Positions 28,072 to 32,000 of a DNA stretch of 32,000 nucleotides are shown one piece after another. A program made the position numbers and the translations under genes. The notes beneath the pieces were generated by a model. The model was not told the DNA's origin. It searched no databases and was given only the letters and a program-made list of their open reading frames with translations. This DNA is from an uncultured Nitrososphaeraceae archaeon (lineage in GTDB: Archaea > Thermoproteota > Nitrososphaeria > Nitrososphaerales > Nitrososphaeraceae): positions 34,368 to 66,367 of the forward strand of contig CAWIMJ010000056.1 of the NCBI GenBank assembly GCA_963837175.1, given 5' to 3'. Every line of letters begins with the position of its first letter. The first letter of the stretch is position 1.

Positions 28072-28127
28072 GACGTGCTTTTAACGATTTGGAATTGAAA
28101 GAAAAAAGGTCATTATAAACTATTTGC

Positions 28128-28355
28128 TTATCCACCACCAGTTACAGCATCATACAGACAACATTCACAACCATTTAATTCGCCACAATAGGGACATACG
28201 CACATGCAGGCTTCCAGTGGATTACCGCAATAATCGCAGTTAGTTCCATCATTGTTAGAATCTGATTGTTTATTATTATTTGACAATTTTATATTAATAA
28301 TGCTAATGTATTCAAAGTAATATAGATATCTGCTAGAAATGTATACTACTATCAA
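28128..28355 (-). CDS. small cysteine-rich protein (9 Cys within 27 residues)
   Basis: Track ORF of 75 aa. Its AT-rich 5' part looks like promoter DNA, so a TTG start at 28286 (52 aa, MSNNNKQSDSNNDGTNCDYCGNPLEACMCVCPYCGELNGCECCLYDAVTGGG) seems more likely. The Cys-coding part is locally G+C richer than its surroundings. It lies 57-75 nt upstream of, and co-directional with, the OFOR alpha gene. Confidence 0.45.
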   Translation of the reverse strand: MIVVYISSRYLYYFEYISIINIKLSNNNKQSDSNNDGTNCDYCGNPLEACMCVCPYCGELNGCECCLYDAVTGGG

Positions 28356-28694
28356 TCAATTAAGAGGTGGATTAACCAGTTAGTCAAGTATATGACACTA
28401 TAGTCTACTATTAAATAGCTGATGGTTACTTGAATTATCTATTTCTATTATCTTCTTTGTCTTTGTGGTTAACTCGTATTGTTCATCCGGTTACCGGCTG
28501 CCCAGGTCCAATTCCAGGTGTTTGATTGCGGATATGACCAAGTACTACAGTTTTTCTTATGATAATAATAATAACATTTGTTATTCATATTCGTGGTTAG
28601 ATTACTGATCATGATCTACTCTTGAAAAGCAACCTATTGGATCTATCTCATTCTTATTCTTATTTTTATTCTTGAGTACAGACAATGTCGTATA

Positions 28695-28871
28695 CTATTG
28701 GTTATAAACAGTTTTATATTTTCGAAAAAGAGTCTGCTTTATATTTTCAGTAAGGTCAGTAATTTCTTTTCTATCCTTCATATCATTTCTTCTCATTCTT
28801 TTGATTCCAAGAGAAGATAGTTCGCTTATCCACCAGCCATATTTTTCTGGATGTTCTTTCTTGGTAAACAT
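28695..28871 (-). CDS. small hypothetical protein (58 aa), below the ORF-track cutoff
   Basis: ATG at 28871. MFTKKEHPEKYGWWISELSSLGIKRMRRNDMKDRKEITDLTENIKQTLFRKYKTVYNQ has protein-like composition. A TATA-like CTTATAATGA (28891-28900, minus sense) is centred about 25 nt upstream of the ATG. Confidence 0.4.
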   Translation of the reverse strand: MFTKKEHPEKYGWWISELSSLGIKRMRRNDMKDRKEITDLTENIKQTLFRKYKTVYNQ

Positions 28872-29058
28872 TATTACTTTATTCTGCTATTCATTATAAG
28901 ACATTCGCCTAGGATTACTGAATGTACACTTCACAATAATGGTGAAATAGACAGTCTGAGTATATAGGATTTTAATAACATTTTTTGTATCCATACAGCT
29001 AAAGTTGAAAAGAGAAGAAAAACTAATGTCTATATAGAGCGAACTAAGAAACTAAATT

Positions 29059-30030
29059 ATGACAATATCTCTTGTGGCAAATGAACTTGAGCCCAAGGGC
29101 ATAAAACTGGGTAAATCAGAAAATGCAAAGATCGTTCGAGGCACTACGCTAATTAAGCGTGGTTTTGCTCATATGCAAAAGCATGGAGTAATAATGGATG
29201 TTACTAATGTCGAACAGGCACAGGTTGCAGAAGATGCTGGCGCAGTTGCTGTAATGGTGTTGGATAAACTACCATACGATGTGAGAAAGGCTGGGGGAGT
29301 CGCTAGAACAGCAAGTGTTAAGATAATTCAGAACATCATGGATGCTGTTACTATTCCTATTATGGCAAAGTGTAGAATTGGTCATATTGGCGAGGCTAAA
29401 GTACTTGAAGCAACAGGAGTAGATATGATCGATGAAAGTGAAGTTTTAACTCCAGCAGATGAGGTCAGTCATATATGGAAGTGGGATTACACAACGCCAT
29501 TTGTCAACGGAGCAAAGAACCTGGGTGAGGCATTAAGAAGAATAGAAGAAGGGTGCGCTATGATTAGAACAAAGGGTGAACCAGGTACTGGTAACGTTGC
29601 TGAAGCTGTCACTCATATGAAAATGGTTAACACAGGTATACGTCATATTAGCTCAATATATCATGAGCACGATAATCAAGGACTAATCAAGGTTGCAAGA
29701 GAATTAAACGTCTCATTTTCGCTCGTTGAAGAAACCGCACGTATCGGTAAATTACCCGTAGTAAATTTTGCAGCAGGGGGAATATCTACTCCGGCAGATG
29801 CGGCATTTCTAATGAATCTTGGGTGTGATGGTGTATTTGTTGGCTCTGGTATCTTTAAAGCAACTGACCCATCTCAAAGGGCAAAGTCGATAGTTCTTGC
29901 TACCACATATTACGATAATCCAGAGATTGTTATGGAGGCACAGAAAATGGTTGATGAGGAAAAATCTATGCTCGGACTCGATACAAAGAACCTTGAACTA
30001 AAGATGCAAGAACGAGGACCATCAACTTGA
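29059..30030 (+). CDS. pdxS: pyridoxal 5'-phosphate synthase, lyase subunit PdxS
   Basis: 323 aa. [69 protein letters not shown] and [13 protein letters not shown] are PdxS hallmarks. Confidence 0.95.
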   Translation: MTISLVANELEPKGIKLGKSENAKIVRGTTLIKRGFAHMQKHGVIMDVTNVEQAQVAEDAGAVAVMVLDKLPYDVRKAGGVARTASVKIIQNIMDAVTIPIMAKCRIGHIGEAKVLEATGVDMIDESEVLTPADEVSHIWKWDYTTPFVNGAKNLGEALRRIEEGCAMIRTKGEPGTGNVAEAVTHMKMVNTGIRHISSIYHEHDNQGLIKVARELNVSFSLVEETARIGKLPVVNFAAGGISTPADAAFLMNLGCDGVFVGSGIFKATDPSQRAKSIVLATTYYDNPEIVMEAQKMVDEEKSMLGLDTKNLELKMQERGPST

Positions 30031-30659
30031 AGGATGAAATTATTATCGGCGTTTTGGCAGTTCAAGGAGATGTAGAAGAAAATATTATTGCCGCTAATGA
30101 AACACTAAAGGATATGAAAGTAAAAGGCACCGCAAAATCTGTCCGCTATTCTACGGAAATTGAAAAAGTTGATGCCTTGATAATACCAGGAGGCGAAAGT
30201 ACTGTAATTAGTAGTCTAGTTACAATACATGAAGGATCGTTTCAAACAATCAGAACTCGGATCTCCAATGGTATGCCTGTAATGGGATCATGTGCCGGAA
30301 TGATCATGCTTTCAAAACGTGCTTACGATAGAGTGGTCGGTGAAACAAAGCAGCAATTGATGGGCAATTTAGATATTGTGATAGAACGAAATGCGTTTGG
30401 AAGACAAAATGATTCTTTTGAAACTGATCTCTATATACCTATACTCGGTAGGGATACGTACAAAGGGATTTTTATACGATCTCCAGCTGTAACTGAACTT
30501 GGAAATGGAGTTGATATCATCGCCAAATTTAATGATAAGATTGTTGCTGTAAATCAAAACAACATTATTGGAACTGCCTTCCACCCAGAATTATCGGGAG
30601 ACGATAGGCTTCACAGACACTTTATAAAATCAGTGCTAGCATACAGGCAAAATCAGTAG
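30027..30659 (+). CDS. pdxT: pyridoxal 5'-phosphate synthase, glutaminase subunit PdxT
   Basis: 210 aa. [31 protein letters not shown] (catalytic Cys), ERNAFGRQ and [11 protein letters not shown] start overlapping the pdxS stop by 4 nt. Confidence 0.9.
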   Translation: MKDEIIIGVLAVQGDVEENIIAANETLKDMKVKGTAKSVRYSTEIEKVDALIIPGGESTVISSLVTIHEGSFQTIRTRISNGMPVMGSCAGMIMLSKRAYDRVVGETKQQLMGNLDIVIERNAFGRQNDSFETDLYIPILGRDTYKGIFIRSPAVTELGNGVDIIAKFNDKIVAVNQNNIIGTAFHPELSGDDRLHRHFIKSVLAYRQNQ

Positions 30660-30669
30660 AATTCCGAGA

Positions 30670-30792
30670 TGCGGGGGGTGGGATTCGAACCCACGAACCC
30701 CTGAGGGACGGGATCACCCATTTTTCAAGATCTTAAGTCCCGCGTCTCCAATTCTATGTTTAGCCCATTTGGCCAGGCTCTACAACCCCCGC
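30670..30792 (-). tRNA. tRNA-Leu (anticodon UAA), intron-containing, 123 nt precursor
   Basis: Minus strand. Acceptor GCGGGGG/CCCCCGC plus discriminator A. Anticodon arm CGGGA-CUUAAG[17-nt intron AUCUUGAAAAAUGGGUG]A-UCCCG. Long variable arm UCCCUCAGGGGUUC. T arm GUGGG-UUCGAAU-CCCAC. The D region carries about 16 extra nt (see findings). Confidence 0.8.
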
Positions 30793-31127
30793 ATTATCTA
30801 TCAGGTCAAGTTTATTTGGATACTGTAATTAAACCTTACATGGATAATATTTCTAATTCTATTTACAAAAAATCAACAGCCATATTCTTTCATTATAGCA
30901 CTTTATATTTCAAGATAAAGAAATTTGACATGAGCTTGTTGTTTTTATTTGCTTTACTAATCATTTGAGTTTGAAATAAGATAATCGAAGAACTACTGAT
31001 AGCTAGGTTAATAAATACAAATAATAGCAAAACTATTTAGTTCGCCGATTATGGTTGGAATATTGCTATAAATTCTAGGCTATAGAAAATAAATAATGAA
31101 GACCCATAATCTTACTGAATAATAAGC

Positions 31128-31201
31128 GCCTTGGTAGCTCAGCATGGTAGAGCGTTGCCTTGGTAAGGCAAAGGTCCCGGGTCCAAATCCCGGCCAAGGC
31201 T
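31128..31201 (+). tRNA. tRNA-Thr (anticodon GGU)
   Basis: GCCTTGG-TA-GCTC-AGCATGGTA-GAGC-G-TTGCC-TTGGTAA-GGCAA-AGGTC-CCGGG-TCCAAAT-CCCGG-CCAAGGC-T folds as a perfect 74-nt cloverleaf. The T-loop reads TCCAAAT rather than TTC(R)AAT. Confidence 0.88.
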
Positions 31202-32000
31202 TATTTGTTTTATACTCAAGAGTTCGATCAGAAGCTTCTATCCTTTTGAATAGTAAGTGCTTGTGATTGTTGTTCTTTGCTCCTACACTCTTGTTCACAA
31301 GAGAATGCGGTTTTATCTAATATTGAAATTTTATTCTTCAAAGCTTGTATATCGTTTGATAAACATTGTCTTGTGCGTTGCATATTATCTAACTCATCTT
31401 TGACTTGTCTATGAGACCTTCCATCTGTGGATGTTCATTAGCAGCAATATCTACAGCATTAACGACCTGCTCATATCCAATCCCCCTTTCTTTGCCAATT
31501 TACATAACTTTACAATCTAATGTTTACCATATATAACGACATAAACTTTACCGTATACTATAACGTAAACTATGCATTATGGTGTATTACAAAGTACTAC
31601 ATGCCAGAAAAACCCATCAAGTTTATAGAATAGATCCGCATACACAAGGGAGATAGTAGAAATGGCTAAATATAGAGATTCTATGTCAAATGTAGTCCAG
31701 AGATTGGTAGATTTGTACAAGAAAAATGCGGTGATACAATAAGCTATATATTCAAGTATTATTTAGTGTAGCCCAGTAATACAACGCTTTACACGAATTT
31801 AAAATTATTACACGGATTTTTACACGCACTTTATTTTAGCGAAGTTATTAATATAGAGTAAGCTTTACACTTCTCCGATGGACGCAAACGTTACCAATGA
31901 GAAGAACGGAAAAGCAAAGAAAATTGTTGATTTCAAAGTACACCATTTGGACACAATATTTTACGACAATATGAAGACATCTTCTATAGCCAAGAAATAG

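Noticed and set aside
30756-30968. 70-aa plus-strand ORF
   Set aside because: Its 5' part is the reverse complement of the tRNA-Leu gene, and the rest is AT-rich spacer.
31080-31298. 72-aa minus-strand ORF
   Set aside because: It runs straight through the tRNA-Thr gene (31128..31201).
31202-32000. Integrated element at tRNA-Thr
   Set aside because: No integrase, no recognisable duplicated tRNA 3' segment, and only fragmentary ORFs (for example a coiled-coil-like piece ...QVKDELDNMQRTRQCLSNDIQALKNKISILDK on the minus strand). The window ends too soon to judge. Retained only as the TTACACG-repeat observation.

Overview
AT-rich (roughly one-third G+C by eye) chromosomal segment from an ammonia-oxidizing archaeon (Nitrososphaeria/Thaumarchaeota). 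This rests on unmistakable archaeal AmoB, AmoC, AmoX and AmoA proteins at 21.6-24.4 kb. A soil-type, Nitrosocosmicus-like lineage is only a guess from the AmoA sequence, the low G+C and the long spacers. The rest is mostly housekeeping. It includes ribosomal proteins S3Ae and S15 and a fragment of the archaeal exosome/RNase P neighbourhood (COG1325-like protein, Rpp30, Pop5). It also includes a tightly overlapping rps15 / RecJ-Cdc45-like DHH / Pcc1 / serS gene string, malic enzyme, PdxS/PdxT and a two-subunit 2-oxoacid:ferredoxin oxidoreductase. Further genes are a radical SAM enzyme, a NodC/HAS-like membrane glycosyltransferase, a SemiSWEET, a creatininase-family protein, a GNAT, tRNA-Leu(UAA) with introns and tRNA-Thr(GGU). 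Most worth follow-up: (i) the AMO locus looks like separate transcription units, and two adjacent small single-pass membrane proteins are candidate extra AMO subunits. (ii) Gene decay is conspicuous: uvdE has at least 4 frameshifts, a ZIP permease is frameshifted and probably 5'-truncated, the OFOR alpha gene has an in-frame TGA, and a DDE transposase relic sits next to amoA. (iii) A run of unannotated mini-ORFs upstream of OFOR includes a peptide with 9 Cys in 27 residues. (iv) By my tally only about two-thirds of the window is coding. No CRISPR array, rRNA gene, intact mobile element or recognisable defence system was seen. All calls come from reading the translations and DNA by eye; no database search was possible.
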